Shown here: one piece after another, positions 1 through 9,959 of the stretch
Layout: each line of letters begins with the position of its first letter
How positions within the stretch are numbered: position 1 is the first letter of the stretch
Source: an uncultured delta proteobacterium
Lineage (GTDB): Bacteria > Myxococcota_A > Polyangia > Palsa-1104
Assembly (NCBI GenBank): GCA_963785725.1
Contig: CAWAWS010000014.1
Coordinates: forward strand, 192,001 to 256,000
Direction of reading: 5' to 3'
Length of the DNA stretch: 64,000 nucleotides
The notes under the pieces: generated by a model
Seen by the model: only the letters and a program-made list of their open reading frames with translations
Database searches by the model: none
What the model was told of the DNA's origin: nothing
Program-made: the position numbers and the translations under genes

Positions 1-37
1 TTGACGCGGAGCGAATCCGCATACGAGGAGAACGAAG

Positions 38-1216
38 ATGGGCAAGGTGCACCTGAATGTCGGAACCATCGGCCACGTCGACCACGGCAAGACCACGCTC
101 ACCGCCGCGCTGACCAAAGTCATGGCGGCGCGTCACGGCGGTCGCGGGCTCGCGCTTCGACGAGATCGACCGCGCGCCCGAAGAGCGTGCGCGCGGCATC
201 ACGATCAACCTTGCTCACGTCGAGTACGAGTCGGCGACGCGGCACTACGCGCACGTCGATTGCCCGGGGCACGCCGATTACGTGAAGAACATGATCACCG
301 GCGCGTCGCAGATGGACGGCGCGATTCTGCTCGTCGACGGCTCGCAGGGCGCGCAGCATCAGACGCGCGAGCACGTGCTTGTTGGCCAGGCAGGTCGGCG
401 TGCAGCGGCTGGTCGTGTTCGTGAACAAGGTCGACGTGGCCGATCCCGAGCTGCTCGATCTGGTCGTGCTCGAGGTGCAGGAGCTGCTGGCGGCGCAGGG
501 TTACGTCGACGTCCCGATCGTGCGCGGCTCGGCGCTGCGGGCGCTGCAGGCCGTCGACGCCGGGCGCGCGAGCGACCCGTCGTGCGACTGCATCGTGCAG
601 CTGGTCGAGGCGCTCGATCGCCATCTGCCCGATCCCGAGCGCGACTTCGCGGCGCCGTTCTTGATGCCGATCGAGGACGTCGTGACCATCCCGGGTCGTG
701 GCACGGTCGTGACCGGCCGCGTGCAGCGCGGCGTGCTCGCCGTCGGTGCGCCGATCGAAGTGGTCGGGCTCGCCGACGGCGAGCGCCCGCGCACGGTCGT
801 GGTGAGCGGCATTCAGTCGTTTCACCGCGACTGTCCGGCAGGCGCGCGCCGGCGACAGCGTCGGCCTGCTCTTGCGCGGCGTCGGTCGCGACGAGGTCGT
901 GCGTGGTCAGGTCGTGACGCAGCCCGGGGTCGTCAAGCAGTTCGCGCATGGCGAGGCCGAGCTCTACGTGCTCGGGGCCAACGAAGGCGGGCGGCACACG
1001 CCGTTCGGCAGCGGTTACACGCCGCAGTTCTTCTTCGGCGCCACCGACGTCCCGGGCGCGCTCGACGTCGGCGAGGGCGCGCTCGTCCATCCGGGCGATC
1101 GCGCGCACGTGCGGTTCGCGCTGCGGCGGCCGGTCGGCATCGAGCCCGGCGTGCGCTTCGCGCTGCGTGAAGGCGGCCGCACGATCGGCGCCGGCATCAT
1201 CACCAAAGTCGGCTGA
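38..1216 (+). CDS. tuf: Elongation factor Tu, divergent stand-alone paralog (three apparent +1 frameshifts near 156, 378, 838)
   Basis: Joined frames give [80 protein letters not shown] before ATG 38. Confidence 0.93.
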
Positions 1217-1255
1217 ATGGAACCAAGGACAGGAGCATCGCGTCCTGCCACGTCA

Positions 1256-1287
1256 AGGCCCGCGCTCGTAAAGGCGGGCCTCCTTTG
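1256..1287 (+). terminator. Intrinsic terminator-like hairpin between convergent tuf and GT2
   Basis: AGGCCCGC/GCGGGCCT 8-bp stem followed by CCTTTGT. Confidence 0.55.
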
Positions 1288-1295
1288 TCTGTCTG

Positions 1296-2428
1296 TTACC
1301 AGGTGATCTTCTGGCTACCGCGCACGAAGCGCCATAACCCGACCAACGCTGCGAAGTTCAGCACTAAGAACGTGCGATAGACGACGCCGGCGCGACCCGC
1401 GCGCGTCCCGGCAGCGGCCATGAGCAGCAGAAACAGCTGACCCAACGCGAAGGCGCGCATGAGCCACACGCCGTCGAGCGCGAACGCGCCCATCGACCAC
1501 GGCTGCGCCGCCCACGCCGAGGCGACGAAGAACACGAGCAACAGCCACGGGCAGACCAAACGCATCACTTTATGCGACAGCAGCTCGAACCACGACGGAT
1601 TGACGAACGGCACGAGCAAGCGCCGGCATGCGCGCGAACAGCTGATAGTTGCCGGCCAGCGTGCGCACTTTGCGGCCGAACTCGCGCTCGTCGCCGAAGG
1701 CTTCGTCGAGCGCCACGGCCTCCTCGCAAAACAGCAGTCGCCGTCGCTGCAGGCGCAGCTGCATCGGGATCCACATGTCGTCGAGGATGACGTCGGTCGG
1801 CACGTGCGGTAAGTCGCTCTTGCGAATGACGTAGATCGGGCCGGTCACACCCAACATGCTGCGAAAGCGCGCTTCCGACTTACGAATCCAGTTCTCGTAC
1901 TTCCAATAGACGCCCGCGCCGGCGCTGCTCGGCAGCGTCAGGTTTCCGGAGACACAAGCGACATTCGGATCGGCGAGGCGCGTGACCATCGCCCTCAGTG
2001 CGGTCGGCGCCAAAGGCTGTCGAATGTCAGTCAGCAGTAGGACTTCGCCTTTGGCTTCGGCGCGCATGAGGTTCAGCGCCGTCGGCTTGCCGCTGCGCGC
2101 CGGCGCGCGAATGAGCCGCACGCGCCCGTCGCTGCGCGCGACATAGTCGCTCACGATCGCTTCGCTCTCGTCCGTCGATCCATCGGACAGGATCAAGATC
2201 TCCAGCTTGTCGGCCGGATAGTCGAGCGCCAATAGACTGTCGAGCTTGGGAGCGACATAGCGGGCGGCGTTGAACACCGGAATACAGACGGTTACGGTTG
2301 GTGACCAGCGCTCGTCCGGCTGCGTGCGCAGCGGCGACAGTCGCGCCAACAGGGCGACGACGATCGGATAAGCGACATAAGTATAAATCAGGAGACTGAA
2401 GGCGATCAGCGCGATCGCGGATCGCCAC
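1296..2428 (-). CDS. Glycosyltransferase family 2 (PgaC/IcaA/SypQ-like, membrane), frameshifted near 2419 and 1620
   Basis: PVFNAA, ILSDGSTD, GKPTALN, LLTDIRQ, YWKYE, ILDDM, EFGRKVRTLAGNYQ, C-terminal TM helices ending QKITW. Confidence 0.88.
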
Positions 2429-2431
2429 GGC

Positions 2432-3139
2432 TTAGCGCGGCGCCTTGACGAAGCGCGCCGGCACACCCATGGCGAGCGCGCCTTCGGGCACGTCATTGGT
2501 GACCACGCTGCCGGACGCGACGACGGCGCCGCGCCCGATGGTAACGCCTTTCATGACCTGCACGCCGCGCCCGAGCCAGACATAGTCGGACAAGGTCGTG
2601 GGCGCGATCTCCTCGACGCGCATGAGCTCGTCGCGCTCGCGCCGATCGGGATCCGACGGGTGACTGTCGGAGTCCGAGATGACACAACGCGCGGCGCAAC
2701 CGACATGACTGCCGATCTTGATGCGCTGATTGACGGAGAAGATGATGTCGCTCGAGAAATAGCAGTCGTCGCCGATGATCAGCTCGGGCTCGTCGACGAA
2801 GCGGCCGCTATCGACCTTGAAGTAGTTGAAGACACAATCGTCGCCGATCGTGATCTTCGTATGGCCGGTGATATAGGGCAGCGCATGAAAGCGCACGCGC
2901 TCGCCGAGCGAATGAATGCGCGCCCGCACCATCGGCTCGTAGAGCAGCTTGCCGGCGACGAGCTCGCGCCCGCCTTCGTAAGCGTCGTGCGCATAATAGA
3001 GCGTCTTATAGAACGCTTTGGTTATGTCAGTCTGCGGAACTTTCCAGCGCTCGAGCCAGCGATAGACATCATGCGCCGCTTTGGCGGCGGGATTGTCTTG
3101 TCGCTTGACCGACAGAACCAGCTTGTCGACGAGATTCAC
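2432..3139 (-). CDS. Left-handed beta-helix (hexapeptide repeat) acyltransferase, WcaF/Maa-like
   Basis: ITIGDDC, LIIGDDC, IKIGSHV, DSDSH, VWLGRGVQVMKGVTIGRGAVVASGSVVTNDVP..GVPARF. Confidence 0.9.
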   Translation of the reverse strand: MNLVDKLVLSVKRQDNPAAKAAHDVYRWLERWKVPQTDITKAFYKTLYYAHDAYEGGRELVAGKLLYEPMVRARIHSLGERVRFHALPYITGHTKITIGDDCVFNYFKVDSGRFVDEPELIIGDDCYFSSDIIFSVNQRIKIGSHVGCAARCVISDSDSHPSDPDRRERDELMRVEEIAPTTLSDYVWLGRGVQVMKGVTIGRGAVVASGSVVTNDVPEGALAMGVPARFVKAPR

Positions 3140-3154
3140 GGCCGGTGACCGACT

Positions 3155-4340
3155 TTAGGCCCAGACGTCGCCGCGCAGCGACTCGCGGCCAGCGTGCTTT
3201 GTCGAACCCATGCTGCGTAAACAGCGCCAGCACTAGGCGTTCGAGGCCCCAGGCCGCGCAGCCCGTCGACACCGGATTGCCGTCGCTGCCACCGATGTCG
3301 AACGTCTTGCCGAAGAAGTTCTCGTGCAGGTTCGCCGACGCGCAGGCGATGGTGCGCGCCGCGCCGTCCGCTCCCGGCTCGACGTTCAAGCGCATCTCGA
3401 ACTTCAAGTCGTTACGCACCTGCCAATAGGTCTTCGTGGCGTAAGCGGCGCTGAAGAACGGATCATTGGCGGTCTCGAAGACACAATCGAGGTCCCACTC
3501 TTTGACCTGTTGCAGCTGCGCTTCCATGCCCTTTTGTCTGTTCGTGGTGACAAAGGATTCGGTGCCGACGAAGATGATCTCGCGCATCGTGAAGTCCCAC
3601 GCGCGATCGAGACCGACGATGTTCTTCGACTCGTAGCGGAAGCAGCGGCCGACGGCGGTGACGCAGCGCCCTTCGGTCGTCATCTTCGTGTTCTCCATCG
3701 CCTGATAGCAATGGTAACAAACGGCCGGATTCAAGCAGACTTTGGGCGTCTCGAACGCCTTCCAATCGGGCACGTCCAAGTGCGTGCCGTGATCGTTGAC
3801 GCGGCGAAACTCGTCGATTTTGTCGTAATCCTCGACGAGGTGCACGACCATCGACACCGTGTGCGGGAAATACTTGAAGTAGTTGCAGCGCGCCAACACC
3901 TCCGACGGCATCAGCGCCGGATAGTTCTCGTCGACGGCGCCGAAGTCTTTGATACCCAATGTGCGGCACTGACTGTCGATGGCGCGCATGCACGCCAAAG
4001 CGGGACCGGCCAAGCCGACTTGACCGTGGCCTAATTCGAGCACCCAGCGCCGTTTCTTCAGCTCGCCATAGACGTCGTGTCCGTAAGCGCCTTTGTCGCT
4101 TCGCTTGTTCTCGGCGAAGATCTTCTTAGGCAACTTGCGAAAGCGCGAGACCATGGCGTCGACATAGCGCTCGACCTTGTCTTTGGCCTCGGGATCTTTG
4201 TCGTCGACCATGTCGACGTCGATGGCGTCACGCGCGGCATTGACGCGCACGCCGCGCACCGACGGACTGACATAGACCGACTGCTTCTCCAGGTCGGCGG
4301 CCAGATCTTCGTCGACCGCTTTCGGCAGCTGAATGTGCAT
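3155..4340 (-). CDS. Class II aaRS-like protein: amino acid:[carrier protein] ligase / methanogen-type SerRS homolog (likely frameshift near 3186)
   Basis: LNPAVCYHCY, motif 2 GRCFRYE..FTMREIIFVG, ANDPFF, ACASANLHENFFG, motif 3 STGCAAWGLERL; adjacent ACP gene. Confidence 0.85.
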
Positions 4341-4345
4341 TGGGC

Positions 4346-4591
4346 TTAGCCCCCTTGGAGCTGTCCGATGAGCTCCGTCATCTTGCGCACGGTACGGGCC
4401 GACGAATAGGCCTCGTCGGGAACGCTGACGCCGAACTCGTCCTCGAGCGCGAACAAGAGGTCGAGCGCGGCCGTCGATTCCACGCCCAGCTCGCGGAAGA
4501 TGTCGGCGTCGAGCGGGAGCGCGCCGTCCTCTTTCCGCTTGCTGACGCGGCGAATGATGTCGCAAATGCGCGTTTCGATGTTGTCAGTCAT
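4346..4591 (-). CDS. Acyl/aminoacyl carrier protein
   Basis: 81 aa acidic protein, DIFRELGVES*TAALDLLFALEDEFGVSVP (candidate phosphopantetheine Ser marked). Confidence 0.88.
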   Translation of the reverse strand: MTDNIETRICDIIRRVSKRKEDGALPLDADIFRELGVESTAALDLLFALEDEFGVSVPDEAYSSARTVRKMTELIGQLQGG

Positions 4592-4609
4592 GATGAGTAG
4601 TCGTCATTG

Positions 4610-5737
4610 TCAGTGGCGGCGTTGAATGCGTTCGTAAACGGCGAAGTAGTCGTCGACCATGCGCTGCGCGGAGTAGCGAGCGAGCGCGCGCCGACGACCC
4701 TCCTCGCCCCATGATACGCCGAGCGCCCGAGCGCTCGCAAGCTGCCACAATCGGCTACCCAACGCGGCCGCGTCGCCGCGCGGGACGAGCGCGCCGGTCG
4801 CCGCCGCCGCGCCGCCACTGCCGTCGACGACGACGGCCGGAATGCCGCCCACCGCCGTCGACACGACCGGCAGCGACGCCGCCATCGCCTCGACGATGAC
4901 CAAAGGTAAGCCCTCGGAGTCGCTGGAGAGCGCGAACACATCGAGCGCGTGCAGGAGCCGCGGCACGTCGCCGCGCGCGCCGAGCGGCAACACCCAACGC
5001 GCGCGCTCGCCCAGCGTCGCCAGCGCCGCATCCAGCGCCGGCTTTTCCGGGCCGTCGCCGACGATGACGAGCCGCAGCCGCTCCGACAAATGCGGCGCCA
5101 GCGCCTGCACCAGTAGCGGCTGATTCTTCTCGCGCACGAGCCGCCCGACGGTCCCGACGACGAACGCGTCCGCCGGCAAGCCCAGCTCCTCGCGCACCGT
5201 CGCCCGCAGCGTCGCCGACGGCGAAAATCGCGAGAGATCGATCCCGTTCTCGATCGTCGTCAGCTTGCGCAAGGCGACGTCGCCGTTGGCGCGCGCCTGC
5301 GCCGCCGTCGTCGCCGACACGGCCACGAACGCGTCACAACACAGCGCCGCCGCCCGCGCCAATAGTCGCCGCCGCCCCCGCATCTCGTTCGCGCCATGCT
5401 TCGTATGCACGCAGCGCGCGCCCGCCAGTCGCGCGGCCGGCGCGCCATAGATCAGCGGCGGCGGATTGTGCGTATGCACAATTTCGATCCGGCGCCGCCG
5501 CAGCGCCAGCGCCAGCTTGCCCACGAGCGTCACGTCGATCCCGCCCGCGCGCTTGCCGAGGCGCACGATGGGAATGCCGTGCGCCGCATATTCCGCCGCC
5601 ATCGGCCCGCCCGCCGGCTCCTCCAGTGACACGACGATGACCTCGGCGCCGCGCGCGCGCTGCCCCGCCGCCAGGTCGAGCGCCACTCGCTCGCCACCGC
5701 CGACCCCGAACGACCCGATCACATGCGCAATGCGCAT
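4610..5737 (-). CDS. Glycosyltransferase family 4 (GT-B)
   Basis: GGGERV, VHTH, ENGID, VGRLVREKN, SDSEGLPLVIVEAMA, VGGIP. Confidence 0.92.
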   Translation of the reverse strand: MRIAHVIGSFGVGGGERVALDLAAGQRARGAEVIVVSLEEPAGGPMAAEYAAHGIPIVRLGKRAGGIDVTLVGKLALALRRRRIEIVHTHNPPPLIYGAPAARLAGARCVHTKHGANEMRGRRRLLARAAALCCDAFVAVSATTAAQARANGDVALRKLTTIENGIDLSRFSPSATLRATVREELGLPADAFVVGTVGRLVREKNQPLLVQALAPHLSERLRLVIVGDGPEKPALDAALATLGERARWVLPLGARGDVPRLLHALDVFALSSDSEGLPLVIVEAMAASLPVVSTAVGGIPAVVVDGSGGAAAATGALVPRGDAAALGSRLWQLASARALGVSWGEEGRRRALARYSAQRMVDDYFAVYERIQRRH

Positions 5738-5750
5738 CGATCGCCCGACG

Positions 5751-6479
5751 CTACCGACCCAAACCCTTCAGCATGACCAGCGGCGTCTTGGCGATGATGT
5801 CCAGCTCCGTCGACAAGAACGTCGAGAAGCGCTCCAAATTCGCCGAGTAGGCCAGGTCGAACAGCATCTTCATGCGCATGTCGTCGGCCTCCGAATCGTC
5901 GGCGCCTTCGAGCTGAAATGGGTTGGTCAGCTGCTCCTTGAACTCGCTGATGGGGCTGCCGTTCGGCGCGCGCCCCGAATAGCCGAGCGAGATCTGCGCC
6001 AGCCCCGTGATCCCCGGCTTGACGTTGCGCATGCGCTCCTCGAAGAACGGGATCGCCAGCGCCAGATTCGACAGCAGCTCCGGTCGCTCCGGCCGCGGTC
6101 CGACCAGGCTCATGTCGCCGCGCAAGACGTTCCAGAACTGCGGCAGCTCATCCAGCCGCGTCTTGCGCAAGAAGCGACCCACGCGCGTGACCCGCGGATC
6201 GCCCTCTTTCGCGAGCACGGCGCCGGTATTTCTCTCCGCGTCCGGCCGCATCGTGCGGAACTTCAGCATGTGAAACTCGCGGAAGCGGAAGCCGGTCGTG
6301 CCGTTGCCGTCGGCGCCGAGCAGCTCACCGGCGCGCTTTTGCCGATAGAACAGCGGCCCCGGCGAGTCGAAATAAATGGCCGCGCCGATCAGCGGATAGA
6401 GCGGCACCGTCACCGCCAATCCCACGGCGCCCGCCGCCAGGTCCAGCAATCGCTTGGCGATTCTCACCGACGACGTCAC
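5751..6479 (-). CDS. Priming sugar (phosphoglycosyl) transferase, small Bac_transf type
   Basis: KRLLD, SPGPLFYRQKR, KFRTM, DPRVTRVGRFLRKTRLDELPQFWNVLRGDMSLVGPRPE, KPGITGLAQ. Confidence 0.93.
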   Translation of the reverse strand: MTSSVRIAKRLLDLAAGAVGLAVTVPLYPLIGAAIYFDSPGPLFYRQKRAGELLGADGNGTTGFRFREFHMLKFRTMRPDAERNTGAVLAKEGDPRVTRVGRFLRKTRLDELPQFWNVLRGDMSLVGPRPERPELLSNLALAIPFFEERMRNVKPGITGLAQISLGYSGRAPNGSPISEFKEQLTNPFQLEGADDSEADDMRMKMLFDLAYSANLERFSTFLSTELDIIAKTPLVMLKGLGR

Positions 6480-6523
6480 TGGCTTTTCACCCCCAACATG
6501 AACCGGCAGTGTATCATGTGGAC

Positions 6524-7012
6524 GTGATCCATCTCCGGGTCCCAGGCACCTTGCGCTACCGCGATCTGGCGGTGCGTGTCGTGGGCGCCGCGTGCAAGCT
6601 GGTCGGTAGCGCGGCCGGCGACTCCGGTCCGCTCCGCTTCAACAACGAGTTCGATCACCAGGTCGTCTCCGCGTTCGGTGAGGCTTTCAACAACGCCGCC
6701 ATCCACAGCTATCGGGGCGAGAGCGGCGATGTCGACATGGAGATCGACGTCGGTGAAGATCGCATCACCATTCACATGCGCGACTGGGGTCCCAGCTTTT
6801 TGCTCGATGACGTGCCCACGCCCGACCTGGATGCGCTGCCGGAGTCGGGGCTGGGGCTGTTCATCATTCGCTCTTTCATGGACGACGTGCAGTACCGTCC
6901 CGGCTCGCCAAACGTGCTCTCCATGACCAAACACCTCGATTCCGCGAGCCGGGCAGTAACCGATCCGGCCGATTCTCTCGATGACAGCGCTGGGGGCAAG
7001 AGTCGCCAATGA
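6524..7012 (+). CDS. RsbW/SpoIIAB-like anti-sigma serine kinase (HATPase_c)
   Basis: EAFNNAAIHSY, DWG, ESGLGLFIIRSFMDDVQY; start placed at GTG 6524, 6 nt after TATCAT. Confidence 0.85.
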   Translation: MIHLRVPGTLRYRDLAVRVVGAACKLVGSAAGDSGPLRFNNEFDHQVVSAFGEAFNNAAIHSYRGESGDVDMEIDVGEDRITIHMRDWGPSFLLDDVPTPDLDALPESGLGLFIIRSFMDDVQYRPGSPNVLSMTKHLDSASRAVTDPADSLDDSAGGKSRQ

Positions 7013-7308
7013 ACTTCAACAGGACGGATAGCGCGGACCTAACAGTTCTCCGCATTTCCGGCTCATTGGACGCCCTATCGACGCCCGAGCTGCGGCCCAT
7101 GATCGAAACGCTGGTGGCCGAGAAGCGAGCCGAGATCACGGTAGATCTCTCGGAATTACGCATAATTGACAGCTCGGGCGTGGGCGCGATTGTTTCGCTG
7201 TACAAACGAATGAGGGCAGTGGGGTCCAAGGTGGAGGTTGTAGGCCTCAAGGATCAGCCGCTCGCCATCTTTCGACTGCTTAGACTCGACCGAATTTTTA
7301 CGGTATAA
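7009..7308 (+). CDS. STAS-domain anti-anti-sigma (RsbV/SpoIIAA-like)
   Basis: SGSLD, VDLSELRIIDSSGVG with phospho-Ser motif; ATGA overlap with upstream gene. Confidence 0.9.
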   Translation: MNFNRTDSADLTVLRISGSLDALSTPELRPMIETLVAEKRAEITVDLSELRIIDSSGVGAIVSLYKRMRAVGSKVEVVGLKDQPLAIFRLLRLDRIFTV

Positions 7309-7343
7309 CCCTCATAGATTTCGTACGCCAGCTGGCGAAATAA

Positions 7344-8718
7344 ATGTCCGACACTCCTGAACCGCACGACCGACCAGCACCTGGCACGGATGCAGCAGAG
7401 TCCGCGGCGGGTGAATTGCGTGCGAATCTACGAGGGGCGGCATTGATGAACTCGGCTCTGAAGATCTCCAGCTCGTCTTCGACTTCGAATCGCTACGGCT
7501 CCGGCGAGTACCGCGACATGCACCGCCGGCTGGGCGCGCTCTCGCGCATCGCCAAGCGTCTGCCCGGTTTGACGAGCGAGCCCGAGCTGTTGGCCGAAGT
7601 CGTGGACTCGCTCTTGACCTATTTCGACACCGCCCGCTTCGTCGAGGTCTTCGTCGCCGATTCGGAGTGGCAGGAGTCGCGGCTCTATTGTCGTGAGCGC
7701 GGCGGCGACTTGCAGACGACCGATTGCGGCGGCATCGACGCGCTGCCCGAGGCCTATCGCGCCGACTTCTCGCTGCCGCGGCTCATCGCCAGCGACGGCG
7801 CGCGCGGCGCGATGATGTCGGCGCCGGTGCTCGAAGGCGTGACGCTGCTGGGCCTGTTGGTCGTCGAAGCGGTGCCCGGCAGCGCCGACTTCACCGACGG
7901 CGATCACGACGCGCTGGCCGGCGTCGCCGCGCAGGTGTCGATGGCGATTCAGCAGGTGCGCACCAAGCATCGTCGCTCGAAATCGAAGCAAATTCAACGT
8001 GATATGGAAGCGGCGCAGCGCATTCAGCGGAGCTTCCTGCCGCTGCTGGCGCCGTCGCTCAACGGCTTCCGCGTCGCCACCGAGTATCGGCCGGCGTTCG
8101 CCGTCGGCGGCGACTTCTACGACGTCATCACCACCGGTGCCGGCCAGCTCATGGGCGTCATCGGCGACGTCGCCGGCAAAGGTGTCGCCGGCGCGCTCAT
8201 GATGTCGCGGGTGTCGAGCGAGAATCCGCCGCTTGGTCGGCGCGCCCACGATTCAGCCGAGCGAAATCCTGAGCAAGCTCAACGACTCGTTCTCGGCGCT
8301 CGGCGTCGACGACAGCTTCATTACTGCCGCCGTCGTCAAGCTGGACCAGGAGTCGCGCCGCTTGACCGTCGCCAACGCCGGCCATGTGCTGCCGCTGGTG
8401 CGGCGCGCGTCGGGCGCGGTGTTGCCGCTCGGCCGCGCGTCCGGTCCGCCCGTCGGCATGCTGCCGAATCAGACCTACAGCGACGACGTGTTCCCGCTCG
8501 GCGTCGGCGACATCGTGCTGCTCATGACCGACGGCGTGCTCGACGCGCTCCATCGCGACGACGATCAGCTCGGGCTGTGGACGGTGATCGATCTGCTCGC
8601 CAACGCGCCGCGCGACCTGACCGAAATCAACAAGCGCATCGTCGCCCTCGTCGAAGAGCGCACCGGCGGCTCGCGCCCCGACGACCTGACCTTGCTCGGC
8701 CTCGAAGTCCTAGAGTAG
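7344..8718 (+). CDS. GAF + PP2C (SpoIIE/RsbU-like) phosphatase, frameshift near 8230
   Basis: AQRIQRSFLP, VGGDFYD, IGDVAGKG, ANAGHVLP, MTDGV, DDLT across two frames. Confidence 0.88.
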
Positions 8719-8795
8719 CTGACCTTTCGTTACTTTCCGTAAGCCGTCGCGCGCAAGCGCCCGCGACAACGCCGCGATTGGGGCGCGCAGCCGGT

Positions 8796-9869
8796 TTACA
8801 TGCCGCAGCCGAGGCCGATGTCGGTGACGTCGACGCCGATGACGAGCATGGTGTAGTCGCCGGTCGTCGTCATGACCTTGAGCTCGTGGTAACCCATCGG
8901 ATTTCCCGGGCGTTCGAGCCACAGCGAGACGACGCGGCCGTCGGGCAGCGCGCACGGCGAGTTGTCGTTGGTGAACGTGCTGGCGACTTGGGCGATCGAG
9001 CCGTTGCCGCTGCGGCGCCAGATCTGCTCGGCGGTCCAGTCGGCTTCGAAGACGAGGTTGCCGTCGGGCAGGAAGTCGCCGCTGTGGACTTCCGAGCCGT
9101 TGCCGACGCCGTTCGGGCCTTCGGCCAGCGTCACGAGCGGCTGCGTCGCGCCCACGCCGTCGATGCCGATGGTGCACAACGTCGTCTGCGGTCCGCAATC
9201 GGCGACGATCGTCTGCTCGTCGGCGCTGAGCGCGGGCAGATCGTGCGTGGGATAGGCGGAGTTGGCCGTCAGTTGCACGGGCGCGTCGAAGGTCATGCCG
9301 CCGCCGGCGCTGCGCCTGGCGAGCCACAAGTCGCGCGTGTGCGCGCCGCCTTCGGCGCTGAAGACGACGAAGGCCGCGTCGCGCGCCACCGCCGGCCGCC
9401 CTTCGGAGTGCACGACGGCGCCGCCGGCCATGACGAGCGTGCCCGTCGTGTCCGTCTTTCCCGTTGGCGACGTGGCGACGAGCGCCAAGCAGGACCACGA
9501 GCCGCAGCCGAAGCGCGTCGTCAAAATGCCGAGCCACAGGCCGTCGCGCGAGAGGCCGACGGCGCTGTCGTCGCCCGCCGACGTCAAGCCGGCGCTGACG
9601 TCTTCGGGCACGGCGCCGCTGACCGCCGCGACGCGATAAATATGCCCATCCTCGCTCAGCCGATAGGCGACGTGCGTCGTCGCGACGCCGGCCAGATCGA
9701 CGGGCGCGTTTCCGGCGTCGTCGGTCCCGGCGAGATCGAAGTTCGTGCCCGCGCCGCCGTCTCCGGTTGGCACGCCGACACGATCAGCCCCATTTCCACC
9801 GCATCCAGACGTGCACAAGAGAACGGCGAGAACGCATTTTCGGAACGTGGTTTCCAATTCGATAGTCAT
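8796..9869 (-). CDS. Hypothetical lipoprotein with TolB/PD40-like beta-propeller repeats
   Basis: Lipobox-like LLCTSGC; repeats LSRDG, PAVARD, PALSADE, FLPDG, ALPDG. Confidence 0.6.
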   Translation of the reverse strand: MTIELETTFRKCVLAVLLCTSGCGGNGADRVGVPTGDGGAGTNFDLAGTDDAGNAPVDLAGVATTHVAYRLSEDGHIYRVAAVSGAVPEDVSAGLTSAGDDSAVGLSRDGLWLGILTTRFGCGSWSCLALVATSPTGKTDTTGTLVMAGGAVVHSEGRPAVARDAAFVVFSAEGGAHTRDLWLARRSAGGGMTFDAPVQLTANSAYPTHDLPALSADEQTIVADCGPQTTLCTIGIDGVGATQPLVTLAEGPNGVGNGSEVHSGDFLPDGNLVFEADWTAEQIWRRSGNGSIAQVASTFTNDNSPCALPDGRVVSLWLERPGNPMGYHELKVMTTTGDYTMLVIGVDVTDIGLGCGM

Positions 9870-9959
9870 TGTAATCCAATTCTGTTTGGTGACCTTCGTA
9901 TCCTAAAATATTCAACGTTTGCGAGTAGATATGACGATTTGCGCGCCTATTTACCGGCT

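Noticed and set aside
38..4591. Functional link between the divergent EF-Tu and the aaRS-like ligase (alternative translation system)
   Set aside because: The genes are convergent and separated by a terminator-like hairpin, there is no dedicated tRNA, and the ligase has an adjacent ACP. Only conserved synteny would revive the idea.
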